Assembly: GCA_965552055.1 (NCBI GenBank)
Contig: CBEVQO010000006.1
Coordinates: 1 to 64,000 of the forward strand
Reading direction: 5' to 3'
Source: an uncultured bacterium
Lineage (GTDB): Bacteria > Hydrothermota > UBA3073 > NMUJ01 > CBEVQO01
Length of the DNA: 64,000 nt
The notes below the pieces were generated by a model. That model worked only from the letters and a program-made list of their open reading frames with translations. It was not told where the DNA came from and searched no databases. Every line of letters begins with the position of its first letter. Position 1 is the stretch's first letter. The translations under genes and the position numbers were made by a program. Positions 17,759 to 27,896 of this stretch are shown piece after piece.

Positions 17759-19204
17759 GTGAAAGTTTATAATTATTTAACGAGGAAAAAGGAAGAATTT
17801 GTTCCACAGGAAGATAAGTTTGTGAGGATGTATGTTTGTGGACCTACTGTTTATGAATACTCTCACATAGGTCATGCAAAATGTTATATTTCTTTTGATG
17901 TTATTGTTAGATACCTTAGATGGCGTGGTTATACTGTGAAGTATGTTCAAAATTTAACGGATGTAGGTCATATGTTTGGCGATGTAGATATTGGTGAAGA
18001 CAAAATAATCTGGCAGGCGAAAAAGGAGCAGTTACATCCGATGGAAATAGCGGAAAAATATATAAGAGCGTATTTCGAAGATATGGATAGGTTGAATGTT
18101 TTGAGACCTGATATTTCTCCCCGTCCCACTGCTCATATCCCCGAGATAATAGAAGCTATCAAAATTTTGTTAAAAAAAGGGTATGCTTATGAAGTGAATG
18201 GCTCAGTATATTTTGAAGTTGCCAAGTTTAAAGATTATGGTAAGTTATCGGGCAGGACGCTCGATGAGCTGAAAGCAGGAGCAAGAATCGCTCCCCATCC
18301 TGATAAGCGCTCGCCTTTTGATTTTGCATTGTGGATAAAGGCACCAAAGGGTCATATTTTACGCTGGCCTTCACCATGGGGAGATGGATACCCAGGCTGG
18401 CATATTGAATGCTCTGTAATGTCAATGAAATACTTAGGACCCACTCTTGATATACATGGTGGTGGGATAGACAATATTTTTCCGCACAATGAATGTGAGA
18501 TTGCACAATCAGAAGCACTTACAGGCAAACAATTTGTAAGATACTGGCTGTTGAACGGAACTGTATTTGTAGAAGGCGAAAAGATGAGCAAATCGAAAGG
18601 AAACTTTGTAAGAATAAGGGATGCTTTGCAAAAATTTCAACCAAAAGTTTTGAGATATTTTATATTGCTTTCACATTACAGGAGTCCTACTGATTATTCT
18701 GAAGATGCAATAAAAGATGCAGAAAAAGGCTTGCAAAAATTTACAGAAACGCTTTTCTTTGCAAAAGTGAAAAAGGAAGAAGCAGAAAATAATATTTTTT
18801 CAACGGAAATGGAAGAAAAATTGAAAAAGTTTAAAGAAAAATTTGTTGAAGTGATGGATGATGACTTTAACACGCCAAGAGCAATTGCAGTGCTTCATGA
18901 TGCTTTATCCGAATTTAACAACTATTTGAAAGAAAATCCGTCAAAATCAACGATAGAATATTTTGAAAACTGGATAAAAGATTTAGGAGAGAATGTTCTT
19001 GGTATATTGCCGGAATTACCGAAAGAAGAGTTATCAGCAAAAGAATTTATAGACCTTTTGATAGATGTTCGTAGAATTTTGCGTCAGAAGAGGGAATATG
19101 AGTTAGCGGATTTTATAAGGGAAGAATTGAGAAAAAGAGGAATAGATGTTTATGATTTGAAAGACAGGACCATCTGGAAATATGCGAGTAATAAGTTGAG
19201 ATAA
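17759..19204 (+). CDS. cysS: Cysteine--tRNA ligase
   Basis: MYVCGPTVY, HIGH, PGWHIECS, KMSKS. Confidence 0.98.
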   Translation: MKVYNYLTRKKEEFVPQEDKFVRMYVCGPTVYEYSHIGHAKCYISFDVIVRYLRWRGYTVKYVQNLTDVGHMFGDVDIGEDKIIWQAKKEQLHPMEIAEKYIRAYFEDMDRLNVLRPDISPRPTAHIPEIIEAIKILLKKGYAYEVNGSVYFEVAKFKDYGKLSGRTLDELKAGARIAPHPDKRSPFDFALWIKAPKGHILRWPSPWGDGYPGWHIECSVMSMKYLGPTLDIHGGGIDNIFPHNECEIAQSEALTGKQFVRYWLLNGTVFVEGEKMSKSKGNFVRIRDALQKFQPKVLRYFILLSHYRSPTDYSEDAIKDAEKGLQKFTETLFFAKVKKEEAENNIFSTEMEEKLKKFKEKFVEVMDDDFNTPRAIAVLHDALSEFNNYLKENPSKSTIEYFENWIKDLGENVLGILPELPKEELSAKEFIDLLIDVRRILRQKREYELADFIREELRKRGIDVYDLKDRTIWKYASNKLR

Positions 19205-20448
19205 GAAGTTATAGATGATGCGAGTGCTATTCCCGAGGCACCCATTTTTTTGGATAAGATGAAGGCGAGGAGAGCGAAGAATGGAACACAGATTGCATTG
19301 ATTAGCAAAGGTATTTTTAATTTTTTCATGGCGTAAAATACGCTGAAAATGACGCGTGATAAACAGATGGCAGGAATTCCAATGGAATACATTTTGAGGC
19401 ATAAAGATGTGTAAAAGGTGTCTGTCTGCGTGAAAGCACCTCTCTGATACAGGATGCGACACAAAAAGGAAGACGAAAAATACCAGACCACACCAAACAA
19501 AATCGAAAAAATTAAAGTTAAAATTAAAGATTTTTTAATTATTTTTTTAAAGTTTAAATAATCTTTAACAGCTAATTTTTGGGAGGCGAGGGGCAGTGTT
19601 ACATTGAAAGCTGCTACTCCTATTATTGCCACTGGTAAGTGCATCAATCTGAAGGCATATTCAAGATATGAAATCGAACCTGTTGGTAGAAAAGATGCTA
19701 TTAAAGTTTCTATAACAGAACCTATTCGACGCACAAAATATGCACCGGCAATAAATAAAATTGATACCAGAACTTTTTTAACATCTTCAGAAAATAGATG
19801 TGGAGAAGAAAATCTGAAGCCCAATTTCATCGAGAAAAATAGCAGAAATAAAAAGTATAAAAAGGTGCCGAATAAAACCCCAATTGCAATCCCGTAAATT
19901 CTTATGAGTGAAAAGAATAAAAAGCCGAATAAAATTATACCAAAATTAAAAAAACAGGGGGCAACACCCGTAATGAAAAATTTTTTGTAGTAATTCAAAA
20001 TTCCCATCAAAACAGAAATTAAAATCACTATTATTAAAAATGGGAAGATTATCTGTGTTAATCTTACCGATAGCGAAAATTTATGCGGTTCTTTTGTAAA
20101 TCCAAATGCCACAAGTTTTACGATTTGCGGTGAAAAAGTAATTCCAATGATGGAAATTATAATTCCGACAATCATCAAAGAGAAAAAGACATCCGATGAG
20201 AATTTGAAAGCTTCATTTTTTCCTTTCTTTTCTTTTTCTGCAAAAATGGGTGTGAATGCAGGGATTACTGTTCCTTCTGCTATTAAGTCTCTTATTATGT
20301 TTGGTATTTTAAAAGCGACACGGAATGCATCCATTTCATAGGAAGCACCGTATAGATAGGCGAAGATGATTTCGCGTAAAAGACCTGTGAGCCGAGAAAA
20401 AGCAGTACCCAGTCCGAAGCCAAAAATTCCCCGAAGTATCTGACGCAC
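19150..20448 (-). CDS. murJ: Lipid II flippase MurJ/MviN
   Basis: SRLTGLLRE..FA..YGA...DAF.VAF.IPN; multi-TM. Confidence 0.93.
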   Translation of the reverse strand: MRQILRGIFGFGLGTAFSRLTGLLREIIFAYLYGASYEMDAFRVAFKIPNIIRDLIAEGTVIPAFTPIFAEKEKKGKNEAFKFSSDVFFSLMIVGIIISIIGITFSPQIVKLVAFGFTKEPHKFSLSVRLTQIIFPFLIIVILISVLMGILNYYKKFFITGVAPCFFNFGIILFGFLFFSLIRIYGIAIGVLFGTFLYFLFLLFFSMKLGFRFSSPHLFSEDVKKVLVSILFIAGAYFVRRIGSVIETLIASFLPTGSISYLEYAFRLMHLPVAIIGVAAFNVTLPLASQKLAVKDYLNFKKIIKKSLILTLIFSILFGVVWYFSSSFLCRILYQRGAFTQTDTFYTSLCLKMYSIGIPAICLSRVIFSVFYAMKKLKIPLLINAICVPFFALLAFILSKKMGASGIALASSITSYLNLLLAYFQMVLSFKS

Positions 20449-20625
20449 AAGCTATTATATGCGGATTATTTTTATGGCAAGCATTTTTGCTGATAAGATT
20501 TGGGATTGTCGATCCCCAGGGGTTTCGGGGTTATTGGGGGTCGACAAGGAATTTTTTCAAAAAATGAGCTTGACAATCTACGAAAATGATTATAAAATAA
20601 TGAAAGAGGGCTCTTTGAAAAACGA
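20449..20625. promoter_or_regulatory. murJ promoter (minus) and CRISPR leader with promoter and inverted repeat (plus)
   Basis: Minus: TTGCCA 20480-20475, N15, TATAAT, 5 nt, GTG. Inverted repeat TTGTCGATCCCCA 20506-20518 / TGGGGGTCGACAA 20535-20547. Plus: TTGACA 20570-20575 then TATAAAAT from 20591. Confidence 0.75.
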
Positions 20626-23600
20626 GTTTCTAGCCTACCTATAAGGGATTGAAATCTAATGACAAGAGCTTTCGCTTCATCACTCATGGGTTGTTTCTAG
20701 CCTACCTATAAGGGATTGAAATCATAAGAAGCCAATCTTATCGTTTCAACTGCACTCGCGTTTCTAGCCTACCTATAAGGGATTGAAATTGGATCATGAG
20801 CATCTCCGGAGGTTTTGTGATCTGCACGTTTCTAGCCTACCTATAAGGGATTGAAATTTAACACGCTAAACTTTTACAACCAATAACGCGCCCCGAGTTT
20901 CTAGCCTACCTATAAGGGATTGAAATTCCCTCTTTTTATCGGCATGCCATCCCATTAACGACGACGTTTCTAGCCTACCTATAAGGGATTGAAATACCGT
21001 TCGCGTCTCTTACTGTTTCTCCAATTGTAAGTGTTTCTAGCCTACCTATAAGGGATTGAAATTTTTGATCCCTGATACTCTCTCCAATGACTAACACTCT
21101 GTTTCTAGCCTACCTATAAGGGATTGAAATCCCTCATTTATCACAAGCACTTCGTTTCTATTGGCGGTTTCTAGCCTACCTATAAGGGATTGAAATGCGT
21201 TCGTGCCGCTTGTATGTCCTTCACCGTCTGCTTCGTTTCTAGCCTACCTATAAGGGATTGAAATGTTCAAATTTGTCTAATTCAGTTTTATTTTTAACTT
21301 GGTTTCTAGCCTACCTATAAGGGATTGAAATGAGGCGGAAAAACGAAGACAAGAATTAGAGCTGCAGAGTTTCTAGCCTACCTATAAGGGATTGAAATCT
21401 TGTTTTTGCTTCATCTCCGAGCTTTTTAATGATTGTTTCTAGCCTACCTATAAGGGATTGAAATTTAGTCAAGTTATTTATCATAATCCTCCAAAATCCA
21501 AAGTTTCTAGCCTACCTATAAGGGATTGAAATTTTCGATGGCGTCCTGGACTTCGTCGATCGATGCAACGTTTCTAGCCTACCTATAAGGGATTGAAATT
21601 CAATAAGCTTGTTGAAAACGGGATCGTCGTTGAGGAACGGTTTCTAGCCTACCTATAAGGGATTGAAATACTTTCGTTTGAGCTGAGATTCGATGAGCCA
21701 TTGCATGTTTCTAGCCTACCTATAAGGGATTGAAATAAAGTGAAGAAAGAAGCAGAAGATTTAATCAAAGACGTTTCTAGCCTACCTATAAGGGATTGAA
21801 ATTCGTGCAGGCTGGATGGTGGTGGTGTTCAGATGTCGCGTTTCTAGCCTACCTATAAGGGATTGAAATACAGAAACTGAAGATACGAATGAGCCCCCTC
21901 CAACTCCAGTTTCTAGCCTACCTATAAGGGATTGAAATAGTCATATCCAATCGCTATATATTCCTTCTTTGCCGTGTTTCTAGCCTACCTATAAGGGATT
22001 GAAATCGCGTGTATTATCGAGTGAAGATTGATAAACTATATGAAAAGTTTCTAGCCTACCTATAAGGGATTGAAATATTTATCTGCTATTTCTTTGATAC
22101 TTCTTATTTTTGCCAGTTTCTAGCCTACCTATAAGGGATTGAAATGCGGTGATCTAAGTAATCGCGGCTCTGTTGGATGTGTGTTTCTAGCCTACCTATA
22201 AGGGATTGAAATTTCCGATTGGTCTGGAAAACTCTTCACTTGACCATGTTTCTAGCCTACCTATAAGGGATTGAAATATCTATATGTACTGTAACGTTTT
22301 CAAAGGGGTTAAAAGTTTCTAGCCTACCTATAAGGGATTGAAATTCAATGAGCAATTTGACTTTCTGTATCGTATATGTCTCTGGTTTCTAGCCTACCTA
22401 TAAGGGATTGAAATATATCATCTCCTGCGACAGGTATGGCATAAAAGCGTTTCTAGCCTACCTATAAGGGATTGAAATGTAGGATCAACGAGAATTATTT
22501 CGTCGCTCAGACATTGTTTCTAGCCTACCTATAAGGGATTGAAACGATTGGGACCTGTTAAAGGTATCAATCGGCGATTTGGGTTTCTAGCCTACCTATA
22601 AGGGATTGAAACCTTACTATTGGCAGATTCGGTAACAGCACTTTCCCAGTTTCTAGCCTACCTATAAGGGATTGAAACCATTGAATTTGCGTGATTTGAC
22701 GATGGCTTTTTTCTTGCCAAGCCAGGTTTCTAGCCTACCTATAAGGGATTGAAACATAACAAAACTTTTAAACTGAAAGGTTTATATAGGGTTTCTAGCC
22801 TACCTATAAGGGATTGAAACTCGAAAATTTGACTTTTTATTACGACACGAAAAAACAAGTTTCTAGCCTACCTATAAGGGATTGAAACAATCTTGTTAAC
22901 CTGTCTTTATGTTCTACAAGCAAGATTGTTTCTAGCCTACCTATAAGGGATTGAAACTTTTCAGTTAAAAAACCTTGTTCTTTCAATTTCTGACGTTTCT
23001 AGCCTACCTATAAGGGATTGAAACATGTAATGACATTCCCATACGACATCAAATTGTGTACGTTTCTAGCCTACCTATAAGGGATTGAAACAGAATTGAG
23101 ATTTCAGCTGATACGGGAACGAGTTTCGTTTCTAGCCTACCTATAAGGGATTGAAACGCTCATTTAATCCTCCTTTTTGATGCCCATTTGTTTGTTTCTA
23201 GCCTACCTATAAGGGATTGAAACAATTGTTGGGCAGAGAATTCGGAAGTAGATTAAAAGGTTTCTAGCCTACCTATAAGGGATTGAAACCAGTATCAATC
23301 TCAAAAGAGCACCTGCCATTAACTTATGTTTCTAGCCTACCTATAAGGGATTGAAACTCAGGAGGCAAAAATGAAGTTTGAGTTAGAGGTAACAAGTTTC
23401 TAGCCTACCTATAAGGGATTGAAACTATATTCAAACAGATTTTGATTATGATAAAGAGCGTGAGTTTCTAGCCTACCTATAAGGGATTGAAACGTCTGTT
23501 GTTTTGTTTTTTTCAGCATAAAGTAGAATTGGTTTCTAGCCTACCTATAAGGGATTGAAACTCTTATCATACTGAACGACTGCCCCAAGAGGATATAGTT

Positions 23601-25044
23601 TCTAGCCTACCTATAAGGGATTGAAACTAAGCCCATGCCTGACAGCCTCCTTCATATCCAAATCCCGTTTCTAGCCTACCTATAAGGGATTGAAACTGGA
23701 AACCACCAGTGATGTATGGATCGAAGAGGCCGCCCGTTTCTAGCCTACCTATAAGGGATTGAAACTGTGATAAAACAGCGACTTGTTGAACTTGATCTTC
23801 GCCTGTTTCTAGCCTACCTATAAGGGATTGAAACTTTCATACAGCAGGAATTAAAAATGCTGTCTTTTGTGAAGTTTCTAGCCTACCTATAAGGGATTGA
23901 AACATCTTTTAAGAGCATATTCCCTTAAACCCTCTTTTGCTTGTTTCTAGCCTACCTATAAGGGATTGAAACGCGTAACAACGAATGGAAAAAGATCGTT
24001 GACGGACCTGTTTCTAGCCTACCTATAAGGGATTGAAACGTTTTACTGTGCAATATCGTGTTTCTGGATACTTCAAGTTTCTAGCCTACCTATAAGGGAT
24101 TGAAACAGAAATTGCACAAGAAAAAGGTTATAAGTTCGTAAAAGTTTCTAGCCTACCTATAAGGGATTGAAACTAAATTGTTCGTGACCTGATAAATGCT
24201 TTCATTTGAGGGTTTCTAGCCTACCTATAAGGGATTGAAACTTTTTTCAATTAATTTCTTTTGATCGGTAATATCTAGTTTCTAGCCTACCTATAAGGGA
24301 TTGAAACTCTTTTTTCATCTGTTCAATAATCTTTTCAGCATGAGGTTTCGAGCCTACCTATAAGGGATTGAAACCACTATCATTTCAATTTTCTCGACCA
24401 ATTCTTCATTGTTTCGAGCCTACCTATAAGGGATTGAAACTGCACTCAACCCATCAAGACAACAACGAAGGTAAATGTTTCGAGCCTACCTATAAGGGAT
24501 TGAAACATTATCGAATGTCATGATTATTCCGCCTATTCCCTCCGTTTCGAGCCTACCTATAAGGGATTGAAACTGTTGAACTGCGATCTCCAACGCTCGA
24601 GTTCTTAAATCGTTTCGAGCCTACCTATAAGGGATTGAAACAATAATTCTTTCTTACTCATTAATCCCTCCTTTTTAGTTTCGAGCCTACCTATAAGGGA
24701 TTGAAACTTAATAACTTTCGTGACTTGCATATATACAGGTTTTCGTTTCGAGCCTACCTATAAGGGATTGAAACTTTTCCATCATCAGCGTGCCTGCTCT
24801 TGCTATGTTAAGTTTCGAGCCTACCTATAAGGGATTGAAAGCTCTGCACTAACAAAATTATTTTGCCATTCAGGTAAGTTTCGAGCCTACCTATAAGGGA
24901 GTTTCGACGTAGCCAAGTCCTTTCAGCAAATAGTAAATCCTTCTCTTGTTTCGAGCCTACCTATAAGGGAGTTTCGACGCGACAGACGCAATCGCTCTCG
25001 ACAATATCAAAGATGTTTCGAGTCTACCTATAAGGGATTGAAAG
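20626..25044 (+). CRISPR. CRISPR array, about 66 repeats of 30 bp and about 65 spacers; no cas genes in window
   Basis: GTTTC(T/G)AGCCTACCTATAAGGGATTGAAA(T/C/G) repeated with 34-47 nt unique spacers; leader on left, degenerate repeats on right; ATTGAAAN 3' handle typical of Cas6-processed type I-B/III repeats. Confidence 0.99.
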
Positions 25045-25067
25045 GCAATCGCATTTTGTGAAATAGC

Positions 25068-25099
25068 TTGACAACAAAATATTTTGATTAATTTATTTG
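25068..25099 (+). promoter_or_regulatory. Promoter, leaderless arrangement
   Basis: TTGACA 25068-25073, N15, TAATTT 25089-25094, 5 nt, ATG 25100. Confidence 0.7.
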
Positions 25100-26062
25100 A
25101 TGAAAATTTATGTAACAAGAAAGCTGGCAGATGACCTATTGCAAATTTTAAAAGAAAAATTTGAAGTAGAGATAAATGTAAGAGATGAGGCACCTTCGAA
25201 GGAAGAAATCATTGAAAAGGTAAGGGACAAAGATGGAATAATTTGTTTACTGACAGATAAAATAGATAAAGATGTTATTGATGCAGGCAAAAATTTAAAA
25301 GTTATTTCCAATTGTGCAGCGGGTTATGATAATGTGGATGTTGAATATGCAACGAAGAAGAAGATTATGGTAACGAACACGCCAGGTGTCTTAACAGAAG
25401 CCGTTGCTGAGCTCACGATAGGGATGATGATAGCCATTGCACGCAGATTTATAGAGGCAGATAAATTATCAAGAGAAGGACGTTTCAAAGGATGGGACTT
25501 ATACTTCATGCTTGGAACAGAATTAAATGGCAAAACACTCGGGATAATTGGAGCTGGTAAAATTGGAAGTAGTGTTGCGAAAAAAGCAAAATGTCTCGGA
25601 ATGAATGTAATTTATTACAGCAGAAATAAAAAAGAAGAACTCGAAAAAATAGGAATACATTTTAAGCCGTTAGATGAACTTCTAAGAATTTCGGATTTTG
25701 TCTCCATTCATACACCTTTGACAAAAGAAACCTATCACCTGATAGGAGAGAGGGAGTTGAATTTGATGAAAAAGGAAGCTTTTCTGATAAATACCGCGAG
25801 AGGTGCTGTTATAGATGAAAAAGCATTGATAAAAGCATTGAAAGAAAAAAGGATAAAAGGAGCAGCGCTCGATGTTTATGAAAAAGAACCCCATATTCCG
25901 GAGGAATTGAGGAAGTTAGAAAATGTCCTGCTTTTGCCACATATAGGTAGTGCCACATGGTCAACCCGCTACAAAATGATGAAACTCGCAGTTGAAAATT
26001 TAATAGATGCTTTGTCGGGTAAAATTCCTCGTTTCTTGGTGAATAAAGAAGTTTTAAAATGA
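25100..26062 (+). CDS. D-isomer 2-hydroxyacid dehydrogenase (glyoxylate reductase/D-glycerate dehydrogenase)
   Basis: GIIGAGKIG, INTARG, ALDVYEKEP, LPHIGSAT. Confidence 0.93.
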   Translation: MKIYVTRKLADDLLQILKEKFEVEINVRDEAPSKEEIIEKVRDKDGIICLLTDKIDKDVIDAGKNLKVISNCAAGYDNVDVEYATKKKIMVTNTPGVLTEAVAELTIGMMIAIARRFIEADKLSREGRFKGWDLYFMLGTELNGKTLGIIGAGKIGSSVAKKAKCLGMNVIYYSRNKKEELEKIGIHFKPLDELLRISDFVSIHTPLTKETYHLIGERELNLMKKEAFLINTARGAVIDEKALIKALKEKRIKGAALDVYEKEPHIPEELRKLENVLLLPHIGSATWSTRYKMMKLAVENLIDALSGKIPRFLVNKEVLK

Positions 26063-26065
26063 TTT

Positions 26066-26767
26066 ATGTTAAAGTTTATTAAGGTTGAATGCACCGGAAA
26101 TGATTTTATTTTGCTTGACAAAAGGGTAAATCAAATAAATTTAAATGTGTGTGATATTAAAAGATTGTGCGACAGGCATAAGGGGGTTGGTGCAGATGGT
26201 GTGATTGTAGTTTCGCAATCTGAAATAGCCGATGCTAAAATGGAATATTATAATTCTGACGGAAGTTATGCTGAGATGTGCGGTAATGCTTTGATGTGTG
26301 CAGGCAGGTATCTTGGCGAAGGTAGAAAAAAAATTGAAATTAATAAAAAAATGTATGAAGTTTTGGTGAAAAATGACGAAGTAATAATTGAAATGCCTGA
26401 TTGTATTCTTTTGGGTGACAAAAAAATATTATGCGGTGTGCCTCATTATATTATTGAAGGGTCTTTTGATAAGGAATTTGCTAAAAAGGTAAGGGAAAAA
26501 GAGGATGCGAATGTTTCTTTTATTGAGAAAATTTTTGAAAATGGTGCAGAAGTTAGGGTTTATGAGAGAGGTGTTGAGGATGAGACACTTGGTTGTGGTA
26601 CAGGTGCAGTTTGCGTTGCGTATTATCTTAAAGCTTTGAAAGGTATGAATAAAGACGAATTTCTGATAAGGATGAGAGGTGGAAATTTAAAAGTAATTTT
26701 TGGTGAAAAAATTTATCTTTTGGGTTATCCTAGGATAATTTTTTATGGGGAGATAAAGGGAGGGTGA
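26066..26767 (+). CDS. dapF: Diaminopimelate epimerase
   Basis: GNDF, GVGADG, NSDGS.AEMCGNA, ERGV.ETLGCGTG. Confidence 0.93.
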   Translation: MLKFIKVECTGNDFILLDKRVNQINLNVCDIKRLCDRHKGVGADGVIVVSQSEIADAKMEYYNSDGSYAEMCGNALMCAGRYLGEGRKKIEINKKMYEVLVKNDEVIIEMPDCILLGDKKILCGVPHYIIEGSFDKEFAKKVREKEDANVSFIEKIFENGAEVRVYERGVEDETLGCGTGAVCVAYYLKALKGMNKDEFLIRMRGGNLKVIFGEKIYLLGYPRIIFYGEIKGG

Positions 26768-26768
26768 T

Positions 26769-27896
26769 ATGTTGCTGGTGTTAATTTCACTTGCTATAGG
26801 TTTTTGTGATGGTGGTTACTTCTATGGAACCTCTGTTAATTTGATAAGAGGCACCGAAATATTCGCTTACACCACAGTAAATCCTGAGTCCGTTGCCACT
26901 ATGCAAACCTACGCGGGATTGAACTGGGCTCCAGTGGAAGCTGTTGAAATATTTGTATCTGCACCGATAATGCGATTGGGTAACACATTTACGGCTGGGT
27001 TGAGAGTTGGAGGGGGTACACCTGCTTTTAAGTTAGGTGCGGAAGGAATCTTTTCTTCATCTTTTACAGATTATCAGGCGGATAATACTGCAAAACCTCT
27101 GAAATTCCCGGTAAAAATGTTCGGAGGGATAGGGATAATAGATCTCATTTTCAGTAAAGTGTTCGAAATAGGGTTAAATGGCGGATATCTTTATTCCAGT
27201 TTAAGTGGAACAAATATATCTTACAAAACTTTACCTGCTGGTGGATTTTTGAGAATAAGTCCAAAGGATATCTTTGCTTTTGCAGGTGGTGCGATGGTAT
27301 TTATACCGCTCGAAAAGGGAGTCACTACCAAAGACCTTTATGCTGGTGGCGAATTTATAATAGGTGTAATACCTGGTATGAAGGTTCATATAGGTGGTGG
27401 TTATTACTCTTTGCTTGGTGCAACGCCTTCTGTCTCTAATTTCTTCATTCATGGTGGTTTTTCGGTTCCTGCTGGTGGCTGGTTGCCTGCGGTTACCCCT
27501 GGTCGTCCAAAGGGCTTTGGCTTATTACAGGGTGAAGTTATTGATGGTGAGACAGCGGAGCCAATAAAAGCAGTTATAATGTTTCCAACGCCCATTACAA
27601 AGGTAGAAACAGATGAATCAGGTAAGTTTATGGCAAGATTACCAGCAGGCAAATATATCATCAAAGTACAGGTTGAAGGATATAAACCCGTTACAAAAGA
27701 GATAGAAATTGTACAGGGAAAGCCAACAACCTGTAATCTTTTGCTTTACAAGCTTTATGAAGAACTGACACCAGAAGAAGAGATGCCAGAGGAAGAAATA
27801 ACACCAGAAGAGGAAGAAACACCAGAAGAAGAAATACCCGAAGAAGAGATACCTGAAGAAGAATACGAGGAATATGAGGAATATGAGGAATATTAA
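26769..27896 (+). CDS. Hypothetical exported protein: beta-strand-rich N-terminus, carboxypeptidase-regulatory/PEGA-like domain, acidic tail
   Basis: GEVIDGETAEPI..TDESGKF..LPAGKY...EGYKP; tail of PEEE repeats then (EEY)4. Confidence 0.7.
   Translation: MLLVLISLAIGFCDGGYFYGTSVNLIRGTEIFAYTTVNPESVATMQTYAGLNWAPVEAVEIFVSAPIMRLGNTFTAGLRVGGGTPAFKLGAEGIFSSSFTDYQADNTAKPLKFPVKMFGGIGIIDLIFSKVFEIGLNGGYLYSSLSGTNISYKTLPAGGFLRISPKDIFAFAGGAMVFIPLEKGVTTKDLYAGGEFIIGVIPGMKVHIGGGYYSLLGATPSVSNFFIHGGFSVPAGGWLPAVTPGRPKGFGLLQGEVIDGETAEPIKAVIMFPTPITKVETDESGKFMARLPAGKYIIKVQVEGYKPVTKEIEIVQGKPTTCNLLLYKLYEELTPEEEMPEEEITPEEEETPEEEIPEEEIPEEEYEEYEEYEEY

Noticed and set aside
20459..20687. Short ORFs on both strands over the CRISPR leader and first repeat
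   Set aside because: Chance frames across leader, repeat and spacer DNA; not cas-like
20626..25044. Self-targeting or duplicated spacers
   Set aside because: None noticed by eye; an exhaustive alignment was not possible
24957..25193. 78-aa minus ORF at the CRISPR trailer
   Set aside because: Reads through repeats and antisense to the dehydrogenase
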